Below are positions 32,353 through 41,288 of a stretch of DNA of 41,288 nucleotides, piece after piece. Numbering within the stretch: the first letter of the stretch is position 1; the number at the start of each line of letters is the position of its first letter. This DNA is from Terriglobales bacterium (GTDB taxonomy: Bacteria > Acidobacteriota > Terriglobia > Terriglobales > Acidobacteriaceae), in contig DASWAR010000161.1 in the NCBI GenBank assembly GCA_036391015.1, positions 1 to 41,288 on the forward strand. Direction: 5' to 3'. The position numbers and the translations under genes were made by a program. Under the pieces are notes generated by a model, which ran no database searches, had not been told where the DNA came from, and saw nothing but the letters and a program-made list of their open reading frames with translations.

Positions 32353-34770
32353 ATGGTCAAACGAATTGATAAAGTTGCTGTCCTCGGCGCCGGGACCATG
32401 GGCGCGCGCATTGCGGCGCACCTGGCCAACGCCGGCGTTCCCTCGTTCCTGCTGGATATCGTGGTGCCCGATGGCGACGCGCGGAACCATGTCGCCGCCG
32501 CCGGGCTGCAGGCGGCGCGCAAGTCCAAGCCCGCGGCATTCTTCGAACCATCGCTGGCGCACCTGATCACCATCGGCAACTTCGACGACAACATGAAATT
32601 TGTCGCCGAATGCGACTGGGTGATCGAGGCGGTGGTGGAAAACCTCGAGATCAAGCGCACGCTGCTGAAGAAGGTGGAAGCCGCCCGCCGGCCGGGCACG
32701 ATCGTCACGACTAATACGAGCGGGCTGCCGGTCGGCAAAATCGCCGAGGGCTTCAGCGACGACTTCCGCCGCCACTGGTTTGGCACACACTTTTTCAACC
32801 CGCCGCGCTACATGCGCCTGCTGGAAATCATTCCCACGCCCGACAGCGATCCCGCGGCGGTGGAAGCGATCGCGCATTTCTGCGACGCGCGGCTCGGCAA
32901 AGGGATTGTGACCGCCAAAGACACGCCCAACTTCATCGCCAACCGCATCGGCACATTCTCCGCGCTCAACGTGATGCGCCTGATGCAGGAGATGGACCTC
33001 ACCATCGAGGAAGTGGACGCGCTCACCGGCAGCGCCGTCGGCTGGCCGAAGATGGGCACCTTCCGCCTGGCCGACATGGTGGGGCTCGACATCCTGGGTC
33101 ACGTCGTTTCCAACATGACCACCAACATGAAGGACGAGCGCAGCGATCTCCAGCTTCCCGACTTCTTCAAGTCCATGCTGGAGCGCAAATGGCTCGGCGA
33201 CAAGACCAAGGGCGGTTTTTACAAGAAGGCAACAGGCGCTGACGGCAAAGACGACGAACGGCTCGGGTTGGATTGGAAGACGCTGGAGTACCGGCCGCGA
33301 CAGAAGGCGAAATTCCCGGCCCTGGAAATGGCCAAGCAAATCGAGGATACGCCGCAGCGCCTGCGCACCTTGCTCGGTCTGGACGGCGGCGGTCCGCAGA
33401 AGGGCGACCGTGCCGGGCAGTTCCTGTGGTCGGTGCTTTCGGATCTGTGGACGTATTCGGCCAACCGCATTGGCGAAATCTGCAACTCGCTGGTGGAGAT
33501 CGATCGTGCCATGAGCATGGGCTTCAACTGGGAGATGGGACCATTCGCGCTGTGGGACGCCGCCGGCGTCGAAGCCACGGTGGCGCGCATGAAGAAGGAA
33601 GGCCGCCCGGTGGCGGAGAACGTGGAGCGCCTGCTCGCCTCCGGCAAGAAGACGTGGTACAGCGACGCCATCGGCGCACCGTCGGGCGTTGCCTACTTTG
33701 ACGTCGCTGCCGCCGGCTACAAGGACCAGCAGGTCTCGCCGGGAATCTGGTCGGTGCAGGTGGCAAAAAAATCCGGCGGCGTGGTCAAGAAGAACCCGGG
33801 CGCGACGCTGGTGGATTTGGGCGATGGCGTGGGCTGCATCGAATTCCACACCAAGATGAACGCCATCGGCGGCGACATTCTCCAGCTTGTCACGCAATCG
33901 TTAAAGCCGGGCGGGCCCGGCGACAACTTCGACGCCTTCGTCATCACCAACGACGGCCAGCATTTCTCCGCCGGCGCCAACATCATGCTGCTGCTTATGG
34001 CCATCCAGGAAGAGGAGTGGGACGAGATTGACTTGATCATCCGCCAGTTCCAGGGGATGACGCAGGCGATCAAGTTCTCGCCGAAACCCGTGGTAGTCGC
34101 GCCTTTCGGCATAACCCTGGGCGGCGGCTGCGAAGTTTCGCTGCACGGCGCGGCGCGGCATCCGCACGCCGAACTCTACATGGGGCTGGTGGAAGTTGGA
34201 GTCGGCCTGCTGCCCGGCGGCGGCGGCTGCAAGGAGATGACGCTGCGCGCGGTGGACGCGGCGGCATCCATCCGCCCCGAGGGCCGCGGCGAGTCGGTGG
34301 AATTCATGGAGGCGATGAAGAAGGCATTCGAAACGGTCGCGATGGCGAAGATCTCGACATCGGCGGCCGAGGCACGCGCCTTCGGGATCCTCTCCAGCGG
34401 CGACCAGGTGACTATGAACCGCGAGCGCGTGCTCGCCGACGCCAAGTCGCACGTGGTAGAACTCCTGCGCTCTTATAAGCCGCCGCGCCCGCGCACCGAC
34501 ATTCCTGCGCCGGGCGAAAGCATTTTGGCGACGTTAAAGCTCGGCGTGCATCTGATGAGGCAAGCCGAATACATCAGCGATCACGACGTGAAAATTGGAA
34601 ACAAGGTAGCCGAAGTGCTCTGCGGAGGCTCAGTGACACCGGGGACGCCGGTCAGCGAGCAATATCTGCTGGACTGCGAGCGCGAGGCCTTCAAATCGCT
34701 CTGCGGGGAAAAGAAGACGCAGGAGCGGATTGCGTTCACGCTGAAGACGGGCAAGCCGTTGAGGAATTAA
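32353..34770 (+). CDS. fadN: Bifunctional 3-hydroxyacyl-CoA dehydrogenase / enoyl-CoA hydratase (FadN-type domain order)
   Basis: N-terminal Rossmann motif VAVLGAGTMGARIA with a 3HCDH domain. C-terminal crotonase fold (FSAGANI...GGGCE). About 805 aa with the dehydrogenase first, as in Bacillus FadN. The ATG at 32353 is preferred. Confidence 0.85.
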   Translation: MVKRIDKVAVLGAGTMGARIAAHLANAGVPSFLLDIVVPDGDARNHVAAAGLQAARKSKPAAFFEPSLAHLITIGNFDDNMKFVAECDWVIEAVVENLEIKRTLLKKVEAARRPGTIVTTNTSGLPVGKIAEGFSDDFRRHWFGTHFFNPPRYMRLLEIIPTPDSDPAAVEAIAHFCDARLGKGIVTAKDTPNFIANRIGTFSALNVMRLMQEMDLTIEEVDALTGSAVGWPKMGTFRLADMVGLDILGHVVSNMTTNMKDERSDLQLPDFFKSMLERKWLGDKTKGGFYKKATGADGKDDERLGLDWKTLEYRPRQKAKFPALEMAKQIEDTPQRLRTLLGLDGGGPQKGDRAGQFLWSVLSDLWTYSANRIGEICNSLVEIDRAMSMGFNWEMGPFALWDAAGVEATVARMKKEGRPVAENVERLLASGKKTWYSDAIGAPSGVAYFDVAAAGYKDQQVSPGIWSVQVAKKSGGVVKKNPGATLVDLGDGVGCIEFHTKMNAIGGDILQLVTQSLKPGGPGDNFDAFVITNDGQHFSAGANIMLLLMAIQEEEWDEIDLIIRQFQGMTQAIKFSPKPVVVAPFGITLGGGCEVSLHGAARHPHAELYMGLVEVGVGLLPGGGGCKEMTLRAVDAAASIRPEGRGESVEFMEAMKKAFETVAMAKISTSAAEARAFGILSSGDQVTMNRERVLADAKSHVVELLRSYKPPRPRTDIPAPGESILATLKLGVHLMRQAEYISDHDVKIGNKVAEVLCGGSVTPGTPVSEQYLLDCEREAFKSLCGEKKTQERIAFTLKTGKPLRN

Positions 34771-34784
34771 AGCGTCGATGGTCG

Positions 34785-35219
34785 ATGGTCGGCGGCCAAT
34801 GGCCGCGCGGAACCAGCCCCGCAGGGGCGGCAGTTCACAGCCTGGGGCGTAAGCCCCGGGTAGATCGCAAGAAAACGAACAGGGTCCCGCAGGGACGACA
34901 CGAACAAAGATTGTTCCTGACCAGAAAAATAATTCGCGCGCTCAACAACCGGCTTCTCGGCGGCCCGGATGAATTCCGCCGCGAAGCTCAACACGCGCGC
35001 AAGCAGATCGCTAAGTGGCGTCACCGCCGTCCGAAGCGCCGGCTAACGGCGCGTGTGGTGCAGGACGCGCTGATTGAAACCTGGAACCAGTTACACGGGT
35101 TCAAGGAATGGCGCAAGGTGGAGGTTGATCTCGCCGTCGTAGCTGATCGCATCACGCGCCGCTCGCACCGCATGCGCTCGCGAAAATCGCAAGCGAGGCC
35201 CCGCTTTGGGTGGTTTTGA
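34785..35219 (+). CDS. Doubtful ORF in the fadN-fadA spacer (basic hypothetical protein)
   Basis: The 3' two-thirds have GC3-rich codons. The 5' third is a REP-like hairpin cluster. There is no homology evidence and no clear Shine-Dalgarno sequence. Confidence 0.2.
   Translation: MVGGQWPRGTSPAGAAVHSLGRKPRVDRKKTNRVPQGRHEQRLFLTRKIIRALNNRLLGGPDEFRREAQHARKQIAKWRHRRPKRRLTARVVQDALIETWNQLHGFKEWRKVEVDLAVVADRITRRSHRMRSRKSQARPRFGWF
34816..34896. repeat. REP-like cluster of three short hairpins
   Basis: gcccc-gca-ggggc (34816-34828), cctggggc-gtaa-gccccggg (34841-34860) and gtccc-gca-gggac (34884-34896). Confidence 0.5.
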
Positions 35220-35223
35220 TTTT

Positions 35224-35250
35224 GAGCTAAGAGCTAAAAGCTAAGAGCTA
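35224..35250. repeat. Short tandem repeat (gagctaa/gctaaga units) directly upstream of fadA
   Basis: gagctaagagctaaaagctaagagcta, rich in TAA/TAG. Confidence 0.65.
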
Positions 35251-35253
35251 TTT

Positions 35254-36432
35254 ATGAGAGAAGTCGTAATCGCATCTTCCGTCCGCACTCCTGTTGGCAA
35301 GGCCTACAAGGGCACGCTGCGCGCCACGCGTCCCGACGAACTCGGCGCCATCGCCATTCGCGGCGCGCTCGATCGCCTGCCGCAACTCGATCCCAAAGAG
35401 ATCGAAGACGTCATCATGGGCTGCGCGATGCCCGAAGCCGAGCAGGGCATGAACGTCGCGCGCATCGCGTCGTTGCGCGCCGGCCTGCCGGTGGAATGTT
35501 CGGCGATGACGGTCAACCGCTTCTGCTCCTCCGGCCTACAGGCGATTGCCATGGCGGCGGAGCGCATCATGGCCGGTGGCGCCGAGGTGATTGTCGCCGG
35601 CGGGCTGGAATCCATGACCATGATTCCCATGGGCGGGCACAAAGTCTCGGCCAATCCGTGGCTGGTGGCGAATTATCCCGACGCCTACCTCTCCATGGGC
35701 TTGACCGCCGAGCGCCTGGCCAAGCGCTTCGGCGTGACCCGCGAAATGTCGGACGAGTTCTCGCTCAACTCGCACAAGAAAGCGCTGGCCGCAATCGAGG
35801 CGGGGCGCTTTGAGGAAGAAATCGTTCCCGTGCCGGTCAGCTTCACCACGCCAAGCGGATCGAAGCCGAAACGGCAGGAAATAGTTTTCAAAGTTGATGA
35901 AGGCCCGCGCGCCGACACCTCGATGGAAGTGCTGGGTTCGCTGAAAGCCGCGTTCCACGCGCATGGCATCGTTACCGCCGGAAATTCGTCGCAGATGTCC
36001 GACGGCGCCGCGGCCGCGGTGGTGATGTCCGCGGAACGGGCAAAGCAGCTCGGCATCAAGCCTCTGGCGCGCTTTGTTGCGTTCGCCACTGCCGGTTACA
36101 AGCCGGAGGAGATGGGCGTCGGGCCGGTTTACGCCATTCCCAAGGCACTGAAAATCGCAGGGGGCAAACTGTCGGATATCGACGTTGTTGAATTGAACGA
36201 AGCCTTTGCCGCGCAGGCGCTCTGTGTCATCCAGGAAACAGGGCTGGATCCTGCGCGGGTGAATCCCAACGGAGGCGCGGTGGCGCTCGGGCATCCCCTG
36301 GGTTGCACCGGCGCAAAATTGACGGCTACCATCATCCGCGAACTCAAACGCCGCAACGGACGCTACGGCATTGTGACCATGTGCGTCGGCGGCGGCATGG
36401 GCGCGGCAGGAATCTTCGAAAACATCACCTAG
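35254..36432 (+). CDS. fadA: Acetyl-CoA C-acyltransferase (thiolase)
   Basis: Active-site contexts NRFCSSGLQA, GNSSQMSDGAAA, NEAFAAQ, NPNGGAVALGHPLGCTGA and CVGGGMG. Confidence 0.93.
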   Translation: MREVVIASSVRTPVGKAYKGTLRATRPDELGAIAIRGALDRLPQLDPKEIEDVIMGCAMPEAEQGMNVARIASLRAGLPVECSAMTVNRFCSSGLQAIAMAAERIMAGGAEVIVAGGLESMTMIPMGGHKVSANPWLVANYPDAYLSMGLTAERLAKRFGVTREMSDEFSLNSHKKALAAIEAGRFEEEIVPVPVSFTTPSGSKPKRQEIVFKVDEGPRADTSMEVLGSLKAAFHAHGIVTAGNSSQMSDGAAAAVVMSAERAKQLGIKPLARFVAFATAGYKPEEMGVGPVYAIPKALKIAGGKLSDIDVVELNEAFAAQALCVIQETGLDPARVNPNGGAVALGHPLGCTGAKLTATIIRELKRRNGRYGIVTMCVGGGMGAAGIFENIT

Positions 36433-36886
36433 CCACGGAGGACACAGAGGAAAGACAATGCAGGTGAACGAGGTCACTAGGGCCGTAATTACCGCAGCAA
36501 TGAAGGTGCACACAGCGCTGGGGCCGGGGCTGTTGGAAAATGCCTACAAAGTCTGCCTCGCCCATGAGCTCCGGAAGTCCGGCCTAAACGTCCGCACTGA
36601 AGTAGATCTCCCGGTAACGTATGACGGCGTACGCGTCGAACTGGGATACCGAATTGATATGCTCGTGGAAGAATTGGTTGTGGTTGAGTTGAAGTGCGTG
36701 GACTCATTCAGTTCTCTACATGAAGCTCAGTTGCTCTCCTATCTCAAGCTCCGCAACAAGAATGTCGGGCTCCTCATCAATTTCCAGACGGCTCATTTGA
36801 AGGACGGTATTAAGCGGCTTGTCTACGGACGTGGTTGGGACAAGCCTGCCTATTCTTCCTCTGTGCCCTCTGTGGCTAAGATCTAG
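36430..36886 (+). mobile_element. GxxExxY gene cassette bounded by 23-bp imperfect inverted repeats
   Basis: Left end tagccacggaggacacagaggaa (36430-36452) matches the reverse complement of the right end ttcctctgtgccctctgtggcta (36856-36878) at 21 of 23 positions. The left repeat starts on the fadA stop codon. The right repeat encodes the C-terminal tail of the cassette protein. Confidence 0.55.
36458..36886 (+). CDS. GxxExxY family protein (PD-(D/E)XK nuclease fold)
   Basis: GPGLLENAYKVCL (GxxExxY), then YRIDMLVEELVVVELKCV (D...ExK-like) and LLSYLKLRNKNVGLLINF. Confidence 0.85.
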   Translation: MQVNEVTRAVITAAMKVHTALGPGLLENAYKVCLAHELRKSGLNVRTEVDLPVTYDGVRVELGYRIDMLVEELVVVELKCVDSFSSLHEAQLLSYLKLRNKNVGLLINFQTAHLKDGIKRLVYGRGWDKPAYSSSVPSVAKI

Positions 36887-36898
36887 GAAGGTCTAATT

Positions 36899-38686
<1,788 letters not shown>

Positions 38687-38698
38687 CAGCTAACTAAA

Positions 38699-38759
38699 CA
38701 CGGAGGCACGGAGGCTTGAATTTCTTCAATTCAATTCTCCGTGGCTCCGTGCCTCTGTG
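38699..38759. repeat. Gene-less palindromic element built from the same cacggagg words as the GxxExxY cassette ends
   Basis: cacggaggcacggag (38699-38713) pairs with ctccgtgcctctgtg (38745-38759): 15 bp with one G-T pair. It lies between the convergent fadE and NmrA-like stops. Confidence 0.6.
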
Positions 38760-38767
38760 GTAAACGT

Positions 38768-39685
38768 TCAACTTGCTGCCGCGCTCCTGAGCAGCGGCTC
38801 AAACATCGCCCGGTTCGAGTTCAGCCAGGTTTCGAAATCCTGCATCGCCGGATACAGCTTGCGGCACTGCTCCAGGTCCGCCTTGCGATTCGGAATATGC
38901 AGGCGGTTGAACTCAAACATGTCCGCCAGTTCCTCGGCGCCGGGGAAGGCAAACTTGGCATAAACATCGCGCGGGATGTATTGGTATGCGGCTTTGCGGC
39001 CGAGCACGCGCGTCATGACTTCGGCGTAATGCGAGCACGGCGCGTCCTCGCCCACCACGCCCACAACCTTGCCGGCTACTTCATCGAAGCGTTCCAGCAG
39101 TGGAACCACCACCCCACCGAGGTCTTCCACGCTCAGCGCCGCCAACGGCGTATCGCCCTGCGGAAAGCCAAATGCCAGTGTTCCATCCGGCTGCCGCTGC
39201 AGCATCTGAAAGTTGATGAAGTTCTCATAGTAGAACGCGACGTTGACGTACACGGCGTTGAGCCCGCGCTGGCGCGCGTACTGCTCGATCTCCGCCTTGA
39301 TGTCGAGGTGCGGAACCGCAATTTTGCCACCGGTGATGTTCTTCGCGCTCGGCAAAGTGCTGAAGACGAATCGCGGGACCTTCGCTTCCGCGACCGCGTC
39401 CACCAGGTTGGCGCCGTGTTGGCGCTCGCCCTCGAAGTGCTCCCAGAAATTCGTGACTCCGAACACGACGTCGCACCCGCGCATGGCAGCCTTCAGACTC
39501 GCGCGGTCACCCAGGTCGCCCGCGACCAGTTCGCCGCCCGCCTGCCGGAGCGCGCGCGCCTTGCCGCTCGTTGTGTTTCGGCTCAGGCAGCGCACATTGT
39601 ACTTGCCGCTGCGCAGCAGATGGCGCGCCACCGATCCTCCCTGCAATCCGGTCGCGCCGGTAACCAGCACAGTTTTTCTACTCAT
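38768..39685 (-). CDS. NmrA-family NAD(P)-binding protein
   Basis: MSRKTVLVTGATGLQGGSVARHLL Rossmann motif and an NmrA-like layout. The ATG at 39685 is preferred; the tracked ORF runs to 39829. Confidence 0.82.
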   Translation of the reverse strand: MSRKTVLVTGATGLQGGSVARHLLRSGKYNVRCLSRNTTSGKARALRQAGGELVAGDLGDRASLKAAMRGCDVVFGVTNFWEHFEGERQHGANLVDAVAEAKVPRFVFSTLPSAKNITGGKIAVPHLDIKAEIEQYARQRGLNAVYVNVAFYYENFINFQMLQRQPDGTLAFGFPQGDTPLAALSVEDLGGVVVPLLERFDEVAGKVVGVVGEDAPCSHYAEVMTRVLGRKAAYQYIPRDVYAKFAFPGAEELADMFEFNRLHIPNRKADLEQCRKLYPAMQDFETWLNSNRAMFEPLLRSAAAS

Positions 39686-39696
39686 CGTCTCACCCC

Positions 39697-39963
39697 TTAT
39701 TTCTGTGATGCACGTTGCGCTTGCAGTTCCTGCATGACGCTCTGCACCAGTTGTTTCGCGTCCGCCAGTTGCTTCATGACGATCTGGATGTCCATCACCG
39801 GCTTGCCCGGCCAGCGCTGGCTCTGGCAATACACGCCATGTTGCCCGACGAACGCCATCGCGTCGGTGATCAGGTCCATGGTCACCGCCAGCCGCCCGCG
39901 CGGAATGCCCATCATGAATTCGTACTTTTCCAGCTCTTCCCGCTTCTCTTCGAAAACCGACAT
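39697..39963 (-). CDS. Hypothetical protein (88 aa)
   Basis: The ATG at 39963 gives MSVFEEKREELEKYEFMMGIPRG.... It lies 11 nt upstream of the NmrA-like gene. No family was recognised. Confidence 0.45.
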   Translation of the reverse strand: MSVFEEKREELEKYEFMMGIPRGRLAVTMDLITDAMAFVGQHGVYCQSQRWPGKPVMDIQIVMKQLADAKQLVQSVMQELQAQRASQK

Positions 39964-40058
39964 CCGGTGATTGTACGGGAAGCCGGCAGATTCAGTGTCA
40001 CCGCACAACCCGCCGGCGCATCTATGGAACAGCACCGACATCGAACTTTGGAGGAAGC

Positions 40059-40622
40059 ATGAAGCGTCCCACCCTGTATGGAATTGCGGCCTGCGCGCTG
40101 GCGCTGGCGGTTGTTCTTCCGGCGGCGCAGAGCAGCGCGCAGCAAGACAAGTCCAAGCGTCCCAGCCCGCCGGGCACCGCGGCCTTCACCCTGGCTGACG
40201 GCAAGACGATCACTATTAATTACAGCCGCCCGAAAATGCGCGACCGGAAAATCTACGGCGGCCTGGTTCCCTACGGCGAGGTCTGGCGCGCCGGCGCAAA
40301 CGAAGCCACGTCGTTTGTCACGCAGTCGAATCTGCTGGTCGGCGGAACGACGGTGCCCGCGGGCAGTTACACGCTGTTCATTCTCCCGCAGGAGAACGGG
40401 CCGTGGAAGCTGATCGTCAGCAAGAAAACCGGCGAGTGGGGAATTCCCTACCCCGGCGAGCAGAATGACCTGGCGCGCATCAACATGAAGACTGCCAAGA
40501 CGCCTGCCGCCGTGGAGGATTTCACGATTTCATTCGACAAGAGCGGCCCCAACACGGGCGTGATCAAGTTCGATTGGGAGAACACCAGCGCGTCGGTGGA
40601 TTTTAGTGAGGCAAGTAAGTAG
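40059..40622 (+). CDS. DUF2911 domain protein, secreted
   Basis: Signal peptide, then YGEVWRAGANEATSF....GGTTVPAGSYTLFILP..GPWKLIVSK, typical of DUF2911. GGAGGA Shine-Dalgarno sequence. Confidence 0.8.
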   Translation: MKRPTLYGIAACALALAVVLPAAQSSAQQDKSKRPSPPGTAAFTLADGKTITINYSRPKMRDRKIYGGLVPYGEVWRAGANEATSFVTQSNLLVGGTTVPAGSYTLFILPQENGPWKLIVSKKTGEWGIPYPGEQNDLARINMKTAKTPAAVEDFTISFDKSGPNTGVIKFDWENTSASVDFSEASK

Positions 40623-40654
40623 GTTTTCGGTTCTCGGTTATCGGTTTTCGGTGG
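40622..40654. repeat. Short 8-nt-period repeat (cggtt-n-t words) directly after the DUF2911 stop
   Basis: ggttttcggttctcggttatcggttttcggtgg. Confidence 0.6.
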
Positions 40655-40702
40655 TCCGTAGTAGATTTTTCGGGTTCTGCTGATTACCTCAACCGCCGTC
40701 AT

Positions 40703-40733
40703 CCTGAGCTCGCGCGAGTTCCGCGAGCTCAGG
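40703..40733. repeat. Perfect 12-bp-stem hairpin (REP-like)
   Basis: cctgagctcgcg-cgagttc-cgcgagctcagg, preceded by gtcat. No T tract follows. Confidence 0.5.
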
Positions 40734-40877
40734 GTCCATGCTATTCCTTGTGGCACTCGCCCGCAGGTACTGGAAACCCGCTTTCCCATTTCTGCCTTCA
40801 CGACGAAGTTTGGCGTCCATGGCAGTTGCGTCCAGTCCAGCCCCTTACTAGAATTTCCTCTACACCCGGAGGTGCCC

Positions 40878-41042
40878 ATGCCCCGGTACGAATTCTTCTG
40901 CGAGGACTGCCAAAAAGAGTTCGAGACAATCCTTACCCTTGCCGAATACGAAAAGGGCGAGGTGAAATGTCCGCAATGCGGCGGCAAACACGTCCACCAG
41001 GAAGCCGCGGCGTTTTTCGCCGTGACATCGAAGAAAAGCTAA
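40878..41042 (+). CDS. FmdB-family zinc-ribbon protein (54 aa; below the ORF-track size cut-off)
   Basis: MPRYEFFCEDCQKEFE...KCPQCGG is the CxxC...CxxC pattern of the FmdB/CxxC_CxxC_SSSS family. GGAGG lies upstream. Confidence 0.75.
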   Translation: MPRYEFFCEDCQKEFETILTLAEYEKGEVKCPQCGGKHVHQEAAAFFAVTSKKS

Positions 41043-41288
41043 GACCCGCTGGGATTTGTCGCAGAGGACACGGAGGACGCAGAGGTGGCGGGAACGGGTG
41101 CGCGCCGCCTGTTGATGACGCGGCGTATGCCATGGCGCAGATGCGTCGTATTGAAGTTGATCAGCAGGCCAACGCGTTTATCGCTCAGTTTCAGGTACGA
41201 ATAGAGCTGAGCCGAGTAGAGAGGAATTAGAGACTAGGCCGCTTTCACCTCCACTATCACAACATCCTCGACCAGGATGTCGATGCGA
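41039..41288 (-). pseudogene. Second GxxExxY family gene, interrupted by an in-frame TAG and truncated by the window edge
   Basis: Minus-strand frame reads ...RIDILVEDVVIVEVKAA*SLIPLYSAQLYSYLKLSDKRVGLLINFNTTHLRHGIRRVIN...SASSVSSATNPSGS*. It is colinear with 36458-36886. The TAG is at 41234-41236. The tail is encoded by cacggagg-type repeat words. Confidence 0.6.

Noticed and set aside
32338-33897. 519-aa minus-strand ORF antisense to fadN
   Set aside because: It is a shadow ORF. The plus frame has Rossmann and crotonase signatures along its whole length.
38741-39970. 409-aa plus-strand ORF antisense to the NmrA-like gene and the 88-aa gene
   Set aside because: It is a shadow ORF without motifs. 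The minus frame has a clear GATGxxG Rossmann start and a consistent gene structure.

Overview
High-GC bacterial chromosomal window. Gene content and the style of intergenic repeats are reminiscent of Acidobacteriota, but that is an impression, not a test. All product calls come from reading motifs and domain architecture by eye; no alignments or searches were run. Main blocks: (1) 76-6821, minus strand: an operon of membrane-bound multihaem cytochromes c and b-type cytochromes carrying 37 haem-c motifs. It combines an ImcH-like protein, a CbcL-like c::b fusion, and a split version of that fusion. (2) 6861-8612: a promoter region with four exact GTGA-N6-TCAC palindromes, followed by two tandem Crp/Fnr paralogues, one of which lacks its DNA-binding domain. 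The same palindrome recurs upstream of the ImcH-like gene, the truncated regulator and a distant tetrahaem cytochrome c3 gene at 19446-19856. (3) 21454-25233, minus strand: a translationally coupled System I cytochrome c maturation operon, ccmE-A-[two ICMT-like membrane methyltransferases]-B-C-D. Its CcmE has the variant CxxxY haem-binding motif. (4) Housekeeping genes: lpxD and an lpxL-like gene, thiC, a split transketolase with a GAF gene, a patatin-like gene, Nudix, VIT1, a fadN-fadA-fadE beta-oxidation operon, an NmrA-like gene, DUF2911 and others. (5) A dense layer of small intergenic repeats: a 136-bp MITE-like element with perfect 16-bp terminal inverted repeats, a GxxExxY nuclease-fold gene flanked by 23-bp inverted repeats inside the fad operon, a gene-less palindrome and a stop-interrupted second copy of the same family, and short stop-codon-rich tandem repeats abutting gene ends. 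No rRNA, tRNA, CRISPR array, transposase or integrase was recognised.
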